A DNA stretch of 64,000 nucleotides from an uncultured Acidobacteriota bacterium (GCA_963804995.1 CAWDSK010000009.1:64001-128000); one strand, 5' to 3'. Counted from the first letter of the stretch, positions 49,238-59,720 are shown. The notes: a model not told the origin generated them from the letters alone. Translations and numbers: made by a program.

Positions 49238-49707
49238 TTCCTTACCCTCCATCCCTACGGTAAGGATATCAATCCCTACCAGTCAGGTCAAACCTTTCGC
49301 CGGGAGAGCCGGTCGCGCCTTCCCACGAGAGGTAATTGTTAGCCACCGAAGGTGTAATGGAATCGTCGTAGGGGCACCCCTCGTGGGCATAGGCGTTAAC
49401 CTAACTCTCAGAAATGCTGATAGCGCGCAGGTTGGCGCAGAGCGAGCCCAGCTCTGCGATTCACGTCATCAGCCCGCACTAGAATCGCAGGGCTGCGCTC
49501 GCCCTGCGCCAGCCGGCCCAGTCCCCCAGTCCCTAGCACCCAGCCCCTAGCCCCCAATCCCCAGCCCCGGTTTTTGGTGGCCTGATTTGGAAGGGCCGGG
49601 TAGAATGAAGCTCACCTGCTCAATGCGCAAAATCTCGGCGGGAAGACAGCAGTGGGAATCCAGTGGTAGCCCCGTAGTGGGAGGAGGATGGCTTGAAACC
49701 AGCAGCT

Positions 49708-50232
49708 ATGCAGCAGAAACTTGTTCTAATCGCAGTCGTGGCCCTAGTGGCAACTCTGCAGATTTCGGCGTTCGCCCAAGAGGACGCATCAAAAGGCACA
49801 ACTAGAGCCATTGCTCCAGCGAAGCCCGGTTCCACACCCACCAAGACCGCCAGCAGGCCGTTTCCCAAGCTTTGGCAATCTACTTCGTCTCATCATGACT
49901 TCCGCGTGGACGTCACCAATGATGTATTTCACGCCGTGTGGGTGAACATTCCTCCCGCCGCAGCCAAGCAGGGATCCTATATTCGCACGGAGTGCAATCG
50001 GACGGGATCGAAGTGGGTGGGCTTCTCGAACATCAATATGCTGTTTGGCATTCCTGGCGCTCCCCCCGGCAAAGACACCAAGGTTTGCAATTTCAGGGTC
50101 CGATTCGAAGTGGATTCGATATCTCCGGAAAAAATCACGGGGCATTCCGAGGCGTTGCAGGATTTCGATGTGAACGCCTGCCAGGTGCGGAAGGCGAATA
50201 TGGCAGCCTTCACCTGGATGCCGAAGAAGTGA
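49708..50232 (+). CDS. secreted hypothetical protein
   Basis: Signal peptide ending SAFA-Q; beta-rich with several Cys. Confidence 0.7.
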   Translation: MQQKLVLIAVVALVATLQISAFAQEDASKGTTRAIAPAKPGSTPTKTASRPFPKLWQSTSSHHDFRVDVTNDVFHAVWVNIPPAAAKQGSYIRTECNRTGSKWVGFSNINMLFGIPGAPPGKDTKVCNFRVRFEVDSISPEKITGHSEALQDFDVNACQVRKANMAAFTWMPKK

Positions 50233-50479
50233 AAAGTGCGCCCGCCGGCCGAGCCCACAGGGTAGCACAGGCACTCCTGCCTCTGCCTGCGGCGCGATAT
50301 TCGAGCCTAACCAACACAGCCAGGAGTGGGGAAGTGCCAAGTTGGCATAATTTCGCGGAATAGAAATTGAACTGATAGCCCTCTCCGAGGGGAGAGGGTG
50401 GACCGCCGCCGGCGTTTTCATCAGCCGGGGCGGGACGGGTGAGGGGTCACTTCGTAGCCGATGCATGTGCTCCGAATGT

Positions 50480-51463
50480 TTACCCTTTCGCCTTCTTGAT
50501 TTCCTCGAACGAGGGGGGGAATGATTTCGAAGAGGTCGCCGACGATTCCGTAGGTCGCGACTTCGAAGATGGGCGCTTCCTTGTCTTTATTGATTGCCAC
50601 CACCGTGCTCAACCCCTTCATGCCCACCATGTGCTGAATCGCGCCGGAGATTCCCAGCGCCACGTATAGCTTGGGCGCCACGGTTTGCCCGGAGCTGCCG
50701 ATTTGCCGATCCATGGGCAGCCAACCGTTGTCACAGATGGGGCGAGACGCTCCAGCTCCGCTCCCAGCGCGTCGGCGAGTTTCTTCGCGAGGTCGATATT
50801 CTCCGGAGCCTTGATGCCCCGGCCCACGGCGACAATGATTTCCGCCTGGGTCAAATCCACGGCTTGCTTGGCTTCGCGGAAACGCTCGCCGGGTTTGGCG
50901 CGAATCGCGTCAGCGGCAAGTTCAACCGCCACGGGCGTGACCGTAGCCGGGCCCGGGCCACGCTGGACGGCATCTTCGCGAAACGCCGCGGCCTGGAAGC
51001 TGACGAGGTAAGGCGCTTCGCCGGCGAATTCAATGTCCGCACAATACTTACCCTGGAAAACTTGGCGTACGAAGATGAGCTTCCCGTCTTCGTTCCGATA
51101 GCCCAGGCAGTCGCTCACCAGGCCGCGGTCAAGCGACACCGCCAGCTTGGGAGCGAAGTCGCGGACCTGGTAAGTGTGACTGAAAACCACAAAGCGCGGT
51201 TTCTGCTGCTCAATCACGGCGCGCAAGGCGAGCGCATAGCCGTCCGCCGTGTACTGGGCGAGATATGGGGAATCGACGGTCAGGACTTCCGCGACCGCGT
51301 CGAGTTCCGACGCGAGCGACGCGAGGTTGCTGCCCAGGAGGACGGCCGTAACCGTCGTTCCCAGATCCTGCGCCAAGCGCTGACCGGCCGCCAGCGCTTC
51401 CCAAGTCGGACGGGTTAGTTTGCCGTCCTGGTGTTCTGCGAAAACTAGAATGTGATGTGCCAT
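50480..51463 (-). CDS. etfA: electron transfer flavoprotein alpha subunit; two indels (~50752, ~50508)
   Basis: GRGIK, (G)[34 protein letters not shown]. Confidence 0.92.
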
Positions 51464-51609
51464 AGTATGGGGTACAGGGTTGAGGGGTCGGGTTCCAGGC
51501 TGTTAGGGTCAGGTTAAAGGTTTTCCCTAACACCTTAAGCACCTGATACCCGACCTTCGTGCGCGACTCTTCGATCCAAAATCGCAAATCCAAAATCTAA
51601 AATCAGACC

Positions 51610-52051
51610 TTACTCCCCTTCAGGGGTCGGGCCCCGCATTTCGGCGGGAGCAGATTCCGTCGTCTCGGGTTCCTCTGCCTTGACCGCTGCGGCTTTCACT
51701 GCCCTCTTCGGCCGGGCGGCCCGCTTGGGTTTTTCCGCAGGCAGGGTGAAGGATCCAAGTTCCTCGCACACGAGCCTCGAGCGGAATGGATTTATTGAAC
51801 TTCCCGGCCTCGAATTTCTTGATTTGATCGCGCCAGATCGGGTTAGCACGCGCTTGTTCGAGCGATTTGTGATCCTTCCAGAACACCAGCCACAGGTATT
51901 CCGGCCGGCGCACTTCGTGGACGCGAATGAAGTGCGCTCCCAGGCACCCATTGATTTTGTTGAGTGAGGGCAGGGTCACCTGACGCCCAAATTTTTCGTA
52001 ATCAGCGATACGCTTCTTGCGGGCCCGCATTCTCCAAATGTGAACAAACAT
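51610..52051 (-). CDS. ABM-like dimeric alpha+beta barrel protein; extra base ~51775
   Basis: FVHIWR...GCLG...YLWLVFWKDHKSL; removing one G restores PLELVCEELG. Confidence 0.6.
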
Positions 52052-52120
52052 GGTGAACCTCCTTTTGCGATAGGGCCGAACGGCTTCCGGCCCCGGGGCG
52101 AGCGCCGCTCGCCCCTACGG

Positions 52121-52900
52121 TTAAATTACCCGCGCGTCGTTTTTGAGCTTGTCGACGAGGCGGGCCGCGATTTCCTTGGGGCTGCCAGCCAGGTACTCCG
52201 TGTGCGCAGCCTTCGCGGGAACATAAACCTTGGCGATGCGCTGGCGGGGGGCCAAGTCCTCCGCCGTCAGGCCGAGATCGGCCGCCGTCAGCTTCTTCAC
52301 GGGTTTCGACTTTGCCCCCATGATGCCTTTGAGCGTCGCATAGCGCGGCTTGTTGATACCGGACTGAATGGTGAGCACGGCGGGCATGGGCAGGCCAATC
52401 CACTGGAACCATCCGCCTTCGAGCTCGCGCTTCACCCGCAGCGCTCAACCCTCGGCTTGAATCTCCATGATGATGGTAGAGTGCGGCAGGCCAAGGAATT
52501 CCGCCAGCACCACGCCCGTCTGGGCGAAGCCAAAATCGTCGGACTGCAGGCCGGTCAGGATAATGTCGGGCTTCTCTTTATCAATGGCCTTCGCGAGCGC
52601 GCGGGCGATGCCAAATGCGTCGAGCGCGGCAAATGCGGGATCGTCAAGATGCAGCGCGCGGTCGGCGCCCTTGGCCAGACCTTCCTTGATCGCCTGCTGG
52701 GCGCGCGCCGGACCAAGCGTGGCCAGCACCACTTCGCCGCCATGCTTTTCCTTCAGGCGCAAACCTTCTTCGAGCGCAAAGATATCCGGCTCGTTGACTT
52801 CGAAACCAAGATCGCTTTCCTGCACCCAGGTGGCGGTGGCATTAAGGCGCAAAAGGGAGTCGCGGGCAGGAACTTGCTTGATGCATACGACAATTTTCAC
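52121..52900 (-). CDS. etfB: electron transfer flavoprotein beta subunit; in-frame TGA at 52445-52447
   Basis: KIVVCIKQVP, ALEEGLRL, KGAD, GLQSDD, VKRELEGG, PRYATL. Confidence 0.92.
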
Positions 52901-53201
52901 GGCCGGTGATTTCTCCTGAGAAGTCGACTTTGCCCCGCAGTCGAGGAATCGGCTGCGGAGTGTGTGATTATATGCGAATTCGCAAAGTAACGCACAACCT
53001 TGGAGCGTGAGCTTGACAACCCGTGAATAGCGAAGACAGGGGTTTATGAGGCCAGATAGGGGGTGGTTTGGGGAGACATTCCCCCGCACACCCGAGGCGA
53101 TTTGCTGGGACAGTCTGCGTGCACCCGAGGTGGCTTGCTGGGACAGTTGTCCCACTTGTTGGGCTACGCGGGGCTACGCGGCCCTTGTCCCACCAAAAAT
53201 C

Positions 53202-53240
53202 CAGGGTCCGCCTGCCGAAATTCCTAGCGGGCGGACCCTG
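53202..53240. terminator. hairpin downstream of the TonB receptor
   Basis: CAGGGTCCGCCTGC...GCGGGCGGACCCTG. Confidence 0.55.
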
Positions 53241-53276
53241 CAAATTTTACACAGTGCGGACGTCAATCCAAATCAG

Positions 53277-56200
53277 CTAGAACAATAACTTCAGCCCAAA
53301 CTGAATCTGGCGGGAAGTGGTGGCGGTATTGGTGATCACTCCCGCCGTAGTTGCCGGCGTGGAGGATGCCGAGGAAAACACCACCGCATTAGGGCTGCCG
53401 AAATTAGCGCGGTTGAACAGATTGAAAAACTCCGCGCGGAATTGCACTCGCACTTTTTCCGTGAGGGTGGTAGTTTTCAGCACGGAGAAATCCAGTTGCG
53501 CCAAACCTGGTCCCGTCAGAACATCCCTTCCCACGTTTCCGTAAGTGCCGGCCGCCGGCAGCACAAACGCGTTGGGATTGAAGTATTGATTAGGGCCGCC
53601 CAGAATCACGCTTCCACTGAACGCCGGATTCCACAAAGGCCGAATGGGATTCCTGCTATCGCCATTGCGCGTTGGATTGAATCCCAATTGCGGCGTGAAG
53701 GGGAAACCGGTTTGCAGCGTTTCAATGGCGCTGATTCGCCAACCGTCGGCCATCTTTCCTTGCCACCCACCCAGATCGCTGAGGAACCTCTTCCCGGACC
53801 CGAAGGGTAGTTCGTATCCGCCGTTGATAGCGGCGAGGTGGCTCACGTTGGAACTGGCGGCGCTCCAATCAAGCCGCGGGCGGAGCGGGAACATCACGAA
53901 GCCCGGCGCGTTGGCTCCCACGCTGCTGTTCATGGCGGTGCCGTCATCCAGGTTTTTGGAATACGTGTAGGCGCCGCGAAGCTGCAATCCGTGGCTCAGG
54001 CGCCGGTTCACATCCACCACCAGCGCGTTATAAGAACTGTCGCCGTTTGAGAACCACGTGGTGGTGTTGGCAAGCTTGGGATTCGCGAGCGGCGCGCCAT
54101 TGGGATAGTAAACCGTTCCAGCGGCCAGGTTCGCAGGGCAAGATGCCGCGGGGCAGATGGTGGGAAACGGCTCATTGGCGTCCACCGACAGCATCTCATG
54201 GTAGCCATGCGAGCCGCGATACCCAACGCTCAAAGATGTGTTCGTAGAAATCTGTTGGTCGATGGTGAAGGTGTAAGAGATGACCGTAGGGGTATAAGCA
54301 TCGGGCTGTATCCCACTCGGAGAGATTAAGCTACCGGCGGGAAGCGGAGCGCCCGGAACAATCTCGAGGCCGGCCAGAGAGATGTTCTTCAGCGATTGGG
54401 TCGCGTTAAAAGGCGCCGTCTGGTCCAGGCGGTAATCAATGTTGTCAAGCAAAGCGCGGTAGATTCCGAAACCGGCGCGAACGGCCGTCCGGCTCTTGCC
54501 AAAGGGATCCCACGCCAGGCCGACGCGAGGCTCATGCAGAAACTTGGCGCGATTGTCTGTAAACACGGAGTTGCCCACGGCGGGCTGCGTCTGGATGACC
54601 CCGTTCGCGAATACGAAATTAGCGGCGCGGCCGTGTGACTCGTTCCAGCCATCGGTGGATTCGGCCCGGAATCCGATGCGCAGATTCAGATTCGAGCGCA
54701 GCTTGATCTGGTCCTGAACGAACCAGGCACCCTCGATCGACCGCCATCCCACCGCCGTGGGCGAAGGAACCACGGTGAACGTCCCAATCTTGCCTTGGAG
54801 GAAGCTGGTGAGACTCCCAAACGAGGCCTGGCCGTATTGGTCCTGCGCCAGGTTGTCGTTCGCCTGAATGCGCTCGAACCACGCTCCGGCTTCGACGGCA
54901 TGCCGGCCGTGGTTGTAATAGATGTGGTCGTCAAGCGTGTAGAGATTGCGCGCCGCCGTCAGGTTACTTCCCGCATTGGTGCCCGCCAGGCTGATTTGGG
55001 ATGCGGCATTGAGCGCCGTGCCACCCCCGATGACGACTGCTCCAATGGGATCGCCCGCCACCCATCCCGGAAGATTGACACGTGTCTGGCCGGTAAAGAA
55101 ATAACTAGCTCGAGAAAAGCCCACGCGCGCCGTATTGAGGAAGGATGTGGAAAAGACGTGTTGCTCCTGCACACTTGCAACCTGCTCACGCAGGCTCTCC
55201 ACAACGTTGCTTAGCGGATTGACCGTGGGCGTGAAATCCGCGCTGTCATCCACGGTGTAGACCCCAAACAACGTGTCCTTCGACGAAAGATTATCGTCAA
55301 TACGCGTGGTGCCGAAATCTTCCCGGATGTGCTGGAGCGGGTGGCTGAAGGCTTCCGCGATGCCCCCTCCCAGGTCCGGGCCGTTTTGTACAGGCCAGAG
55401 CGCCAGCAGCGGCGCGGCGCTTGGTGCAACCCCGACGTTCGCCAACACTCCATTGGACTCCGGCAAATATCCCAGGCGCGCCTGGTTGTCAGGGACCAGC
55501 GTCACATCGCTAAGCCCCAGGTTCTGCCGGAATCCTTCGTAGTTCCCGAAAAAAAGCAGCTTGTCTCTTTTGATCGGCCCGCCCAGCGCGCCGCCGAATT
55601 CGTTGCGCTGGAAGGACGGAACCCGGCCCTGGTCGAAGAAATTGCGCGCGTCCAAAGCGCTGTTGCGGAGGAATTCGTATCCCGTCCCGTGGAATTGGTT
55701 GCTGCCGGACGCTGTAACGATGCTGATTTGGCCACCCGGGCGCTTGCCGTATTCCGCCCCGTACGTATCAGTGACCACATTGAACTCTCGCACCGCGTCC
55801 ACTCCCAGCAGTTGCCCGCTGGCGCCGCCCGGCGTGACGTTGATCAATGAGGCGCCCGTGTATTCAACTCCATTCAGAAGAAATAGGTTGTCCTGGGGAC
55901 GGTGGCCCGAAATCGCAAACATGTTCCCGACCGAGGAATTGGAAGTGCCCACGCCGCCGGACCGTTCCGAGGTGTAATTCACGATCGCCGGGTTGAGGGT
56001 GACCAATTCGTCGTAGCTGCGGCCATTCAGCGGCAGATCCTTCACCTGACGCTCATTCACGAGCCCGGAGGTCTGTTGCAAGGAGAGGTTGACCTGCAAA
56101 GGCGTGGCCTCCACGGTCACAGATTGCTCGATTGCCCCGACGCTTAGGGCGAAATCCACCGCCACAGCTTGCCCCACCACGATGTCAATGCCGGTCTTGA

Positions 56201-56558
56201 TCTGCGACTGGAACCCTTCCTGTGAGGCTGTAACCTTGTACCGGCCCACGGCAATGGAAGGGGCGGCATACAGTCCCGCGCCGTCGGTCGAGAGCTTGCG
56301 GGCGAACCCGGTTTCCAGGTTTTCCACAGAAATCTTGGCGCCTGGCAGCACCGCGCCGGATTGGTCTCGAACCGTCCCTGAGATCGTTCCCCCCACGACC
56401 TGGCTGAACACCGGAACCGCGAGCAAAAACACCAGTCCGAGAACCTGCACGCCAACCATCCGCGGCACATAGGAGCGCTGCCGAAAGATGGCGCCCCGGC
56501 GGGTGTGAGGAAATCCGAAAACCTCTGTTTTCATATCAAATAATCGCTGTCTCATCAC
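53277..56558 (-). CDS. Oar-like TonB-dependent receptor with N-terminal carboxypeptidase-regulatory-like domain (start uncertain)
   Basis: GTISGTVRDQSGAV, LPLNGR, YEFLRNSALDARNFF, RQIQFGLKLLF terminus. Confidence 0.93.
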   Translation of the reverse strand: MMRQRLFDMKTEVFGFPHTRRGAIFRQRSYVPRMVGVQVLGLVFLLAVPVFSQVVGGTISGTVRDQSGAVLPGAKISVENLETGFARKLSTDGAGLYAAPSIAVGRYKVTASQEGFQSQIKTGIDIVVGQAVAVDFALSVGAIEQSVTVEATPLQVNLSLQQTSGLVNERQVKDLPLNGRSYDELVTLNPAIVNYTSERSGGVGTSNSSVGNMFAISGHRPQDNLFLLNGVEYTGASLINVTPGGASGQLLGVDAVREFNVVTDTYGAEYGKRPGGQISIVTASGSNQFHGTGYEFLRNSALDARNFFDQGRVPSFQRNEFGGALGGPIKRDKLLFFGNYEGFRQNLGLSDVTLVPDNQARLGYLPESNGVLANVGVAPSAAPLLALWPVQNGPDLGGGIAEAFSHPLQHIREDFGTTRIDDNLSSKDTLFGVYTVDDSADFTPTVNPLSNVVESLREQVASVQEQHVFSTSFLNTARVGFSRASYFFTGQTRVNLPGWVAGDPIGAVVIGGGTALNAASQISLAGTNAGSNLTAARNLYTLDDHIYYNHGRHAVEAGAWFERIQANDNLAQDQYGQASFGSLTSFLQGKIGTFTVVPSPTAVGWRSIEGAWFVQDQIKLRSNLNLRIGFRAESTDGWNESHGRAANFVFANGVIQTQPAVGNSVFTDNRAKFLHEPRVGLAWDPFGKSRTAVRAGFGIYRALLDNIDYRLDQTAPFNATQSLKNISLAGLEIVPGAPLPAGSLISPSGIQPDAYTPTVISYTFTIDQQISTNTSLSVGYRGSHGYHEMLSVDANEPFPTICPAASCPANLAAGTVYYPNGAPLANPKLANTTTWFSNGDSSYNALVVDVNRRLSHGLQLRGAYTYSKNLDDGTAMNSSVGANAPGFVMFPLRPRLDWSAASSNVSHLAAINGGYELPFGSGKRFLSDLGGWQGKMADGWRISAIETLQTGFPFTPQLGFNPTRNGDSRNPIRPLWNPAFSGSVILGGPNQYFNPNAFVLPAAGTYGNVGRDVLTGPGLAQLDFSVLKTTTLTEKVRVQFRAEFFNLFNRANFGSPNAVVFSSASSTPATTAGVITNTATTSRQIQFGLKLLF

Positions 56559-56876
56559 ACTCTCCTCAATGGGTGCGGGAGCACCCGATTGTAAGGTCCG
56601 TCCCGTGGGTTGTGGGGTTTCGTTTCCGACGGCCTATGCCATTCCACTTGCCGTTAATTGGCAAAGTCGAGTCCTCGGTGGGACCCGAGCAACGTTCCCC
56701 GGCTGTTTGCTCTTCGAGATATACATAGCGCCATAAATTGTAGCGGCGGTCTATGACCGCCGGCTGGACTTTGGCCTTTAACTAGATAAAGGCTGTCGGA
56801 AAGTATTTACTTGCAGAAAAGCCAGTCTTCTGATATCTAGTTATATGACTAGATATTCCTCAAGGAGGCTTTTCTC

Positions 56877-57164
56877 ATGGGGTTCCCTACCAAAGTACAG
56901 CTTATCAAACGCCAGGCGAGCGAGCAGTGGTACATCAACTTTCCTTCCGCCCTCGCCCAAGCCATGGAGTTTGCGCGCGGCGAATCGGTCGAATGGTTCG
57001 TCGAAAACAAAGGTCTGCTGGCCCTGCGACGAGCCTCGCCGCCGCCTTCCGTGCTAAAAAAAACTCTACCGGCGTCCTCGCCGAACTCGAACAACTCTGG
57101 AGCCAATGTTTCCCGGGCTTCCGCCAGCGCCGCGTTGCCGCGCACGCCCAAGCCCTCGCGCTGA
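56877..57164 (+). CDS. IS orfA, AbrB/SpoVT-like DNA-binding protein
   Basis: RBS AAGGAGG; TKVQLIKR...WYINFPSALAQAMEFARGESVEW; A8 run at 57056-57063. Confidence 0.7.
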   Translation: MGFPTKVQLIKRQASEQWYINFPSALAQAMEFARGESVEWFVENKGLLALRRASPPPSVLKKTLPASSPNSNNSGANVSRASASAALPRTPKPSR

Positions 57165-58504
57165 GCACCTTGCTTTGTCTGGGACGCCATACCGTGACCG
57201 GTCTGCTCACCACTTGCGGCCTGCAGTTCCGTGACTGGACCTCCAGTTACCGGCTCTTCTCCCAGCACCGTCTGCGGGTTGAGGCGCTCTTCTCCGTGGT
57301 GCGCCGCGCGGTGGTGAGCGAACTCGCACCCGGCGCTCCCGTCTGCGCCCTCCTCGATGACTCGCTGTTGCGTCGTTCCGGTCGGCGCACTCCCGGGGTG
57401 GCTTGGCGCCGCGACCCGCTGGGCCCGCGCTTTCAAACCAACTTCGTGCGCGCCCAGCGTTTTCTTCAAACCTCCCTCGCGCTCCCCACTCCCGACGGCT
57501 CCTGCCGCTTGCTCCCCATTGCTTTCCGCCATGCCCCCACGCCCCGCAAGCCTTCCCGGCAGGCCCCCGCCGCCGAGCAGCAGCAGTACCGCACCCAAGC
57601 GCGCGCTGCCCGCCTCGGTCAACGCGCCAGCGAACAGATCCACGATCTGCGTGCGGCCCTTGACTCCGATCCCGCCTCCGCTTCGCGCCTTCTCCTCGTC
57701 GCCTTCGATGGCGGATACACCAACCGCACCGTCCTCAAACGCCTTCCTCCCCATACCACCGCCATCGGCCGGCTCCGCAAAGATGCTCAGTTGCTGTTCC
57801 GGCCCGATCCCCAAACCCAAAAGGCGCGCGGTCGCCGTCTCTGCTACGGGCCTCCCGCTCCCACTCCCGAGCAGGTCCGCACCGACGATGCTCCCTGGCA
57901 GACCTTGACCTTTACCCATCACGGCATTCCCCATCAACTCCGCTTCAAGCGCCGCACCGGCCTCCTGTGGCGTGCCGCCGGCGCCCACCAATTCCTGCAA
58001 CTTGTCGTCATCGCGCCGCTCGCCTATCGTCTGCGCCAAGGTTCCAAGCTGCTCTATCGCCAACCCGCCTTCCTCCTCTGCACCGACGAAAACCTCGACC
58101 CCCAACTCCTCATCACAACTTACTTCCAACGCTGGGACATTGAAGTTAATTTCCGCGATGAAAAAACTCTGCTGGGAGTGGGCCAAGCCCAGGTCCGCTC
58201 CCCCCATTCGGTTGAGTCTGCCCCCGCCTTCACCGTGGCCGCCTATGCCCTCTTGCTCCTCGCTACCCATCGCGCCTTCGCCCGTACCCGCCACGGCCTG
58301 CTGCCGCGCCCCAAGTGGATCCACGCTGCCCCCACTGCCCGCATCTCCACCCAACACGCCATCCATCAACTGCGCGCCGAGGTCTGGGGCCGGGGACTGG
58401 GTCTCGATCATTTCTCCGGCTTCGCGCCTCCCCAACCCTCTACAACGAAGCCCCAGAATTGTACCTTCCCCCTCGCCTCCGCCCTCTGCTACGCCAATGC
58501 TTGA
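57056..58504 (+). CDS. DDE transposase (orfB, -1 frame relative to orfA)
   Basis: LLDDS, FDGGY, YFQRWDIEVNFRDEK (Y-2-R-3-E-6-K). Confidence 0.88.
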   Translation, partial: KKNSTGVLAELEQLWSQCFPGFRQRRVAAHAQALALSTLLCLGRHTVTGLLTTCGLQFRDWTSSYRLFSQHRLRVEALFSVVRRAVVSELAPGAPVCALLDDSLLRRSGRRTPGVAWRRDPLGPRFQTNFVRAQRFLQTSLALPTPDGSCRLLPIAFRHAPTPRKPSRQAPAAEQQQYRTQARAARLGQRASEQIHDLRAALDSDPASASRLLLVAFDGGYTNRTVLKRLPPHTTAIGRLRKDAQLLFRPDPQTQKARGRRLCYGPPAPTPEQVRTDDAPWQTLTFTHHGIPHQLRFKRRTGLLWRAAGAHQFLQLVVIAPLAYRLRQGSKLLYRQPAFLLCTDENLDPQLLITTYFQRWDIEVNFRDEKTLLGVGQAQVRSPHSVESAPAFTVAAYALLLLATHRAFARTRHGLLPRPKWIHAAPTARISTQHAIHQLRAEVWGRGLGLDHFSGFAPPQPSTTKPQNCTFPLASALCYANA

Positions 58505-58937
58505 ACTGCAAAAGGCCAAAGGCCAGGCGGCGGTCTATGACCGCCGGTCGGCGCTCATAGAGCGCCGCTACAGCCGAATGCGCAAACACTTATGGCGCTC
58601 TGTATAGTTTGATTGCGAGCGGCGAGCACGCTAAGCAGCGCGGGCAAAAATCAGCAAGCCCCGCGGCTGTGCTACCGTCGCCTGTAAGAGCCGATCCACG
58701 AAACGGGTGATGAAAGGAGAGATACTTTGAAGTGAAGAGTTCCCGCTCACCTGTCGCATGGCCGGCTAAATACAGTTCAGCCGACAACCGACTGCGTGTG
58801 ACGCAGCGCGACAACAACGATGAGCAAGATTGCTAACCATCCTGAGTGTGATGATAATCAAGTACGGATTTGCTGTCAAGCAGAACGGTCGATGGCGTCA
58901 TGTGCCATTTCAGCAAGTGTAGCGCAGACCTCCGCTG

Positions 58938-59065
58938 GAAGCTGTGAAAAAATCCCATCAAACCTTTCACCGCGGAGACGCGGAGGCGCAGAGGTTTGAA
59001 AACAAAGGGTCATTTCTCTGCGTCTCAGCGACTCAGCGGTGAAAATGGTATTTTTTCACACCTTC
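58938..59065. mobile_element. 128-bp MITE inserted in a REP loop, itself carrying an inverted repeat doublet
   Basis: Ends GAAGCTGTGAAAAAAT / ATTTTTTCACACCTTC; flanks CCGCTG/CCGTTG; host GTAGCGCAGACCT..AGGTCTGCG. Confidence 0.7.
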
Positions 59066-59381
59066 CCGTTGAGGTCTGCGGTTCTTCGTGAACCACTGGA
59101 GCGAATGTATCGTGGAGGGATGCAGCCGCCGGTGCCTGTGAATGTGGCTCGAGGTTCGAGCTTAGCGACACAGCCAGGAGTGGCTGTGCTACGTTGTCCC
59201 GGGTTGGAGATTTGGGGTTTTCCAATACGAAGGGCCGCGGACCCCAAAAACGGGGGACCGCGCTACGAAGTGACAAGAGTAGCGTCCCGATGCAGCGGGC
59301 GCTTCTCCCTGTGTCATTTGAGTGAACTTATGGTGGCGCGGCCGGTGGGGCGGAGAACGGCATGCAGAGCGAGTGCGATCG

Positions 59382-59720
59382 TCAAGGGATCGTCATGGGC
59401 TCGGCATCTCGAAGGCGGCGAATGGTTCCGAAGCCGTGGGCCTCTTCGTCCCATTTCACGCCATGCACCGGCACCACCATCTTCGGTCGGACGGCCAAAG
59501 CGAAGGCGCGCAGATCGGCGGCCGAGGCGTGGCCGCTGGTGTGGATGTAGGCAATCTCCGCGCCGCCCTTCTGGCACCATTCCAGCGCTTCCTTGTAATA
59601 CTGCTCCGACAAGCAGCCTTGCCACATGGAGAAGTCGAAGGCGTCATCGGCCGTGGGCACAACGCCGCCAGCCTGATAGTCGCGCAGCAGGGCGCGGCGC
59701 AGCATGATGACGTGGCGGCA
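59382..59720 (-). pseudogene. metallo-beta-lactamase/RNase J-like C-terminal fragment
   Basis: FSMWQG, IHTSGHAS, VVPVHG; N-terminal HxHxDH region absent. Confidence 0.75.

Larger units (their letters stand above)
56764..58526 (+). mobile_element. IS4/IS701-like DDE insertion sequence, 1763 bp, inserted in a REP
   Basis: TIR CTGGACTTTGGCCTTT / AAAGGCCAAAGGCCAG (15 of 16); 21-bp direct repeat at 56743-56763 and 58527-58547. Confidence 0.9.

Noticed and set aside
52445..52447. Selenocysteine in etfB
   Set aside because: The TGA is in a variable loop, not at a Cys position, and no clear SECIS follows; more likely an error or nonsense change.
56560..56720. Riboswitch (TPP, cobalamin, Moco, ykkC) upstream of the TonB receptor
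   Set aside because: Hairpins are present but I could not match the conserved cores; needs an Rfam scan.
56849..58519. 556-aa minus-strand ORF
   Set aside because: Antisense shadow of the C-rich transposase gene.
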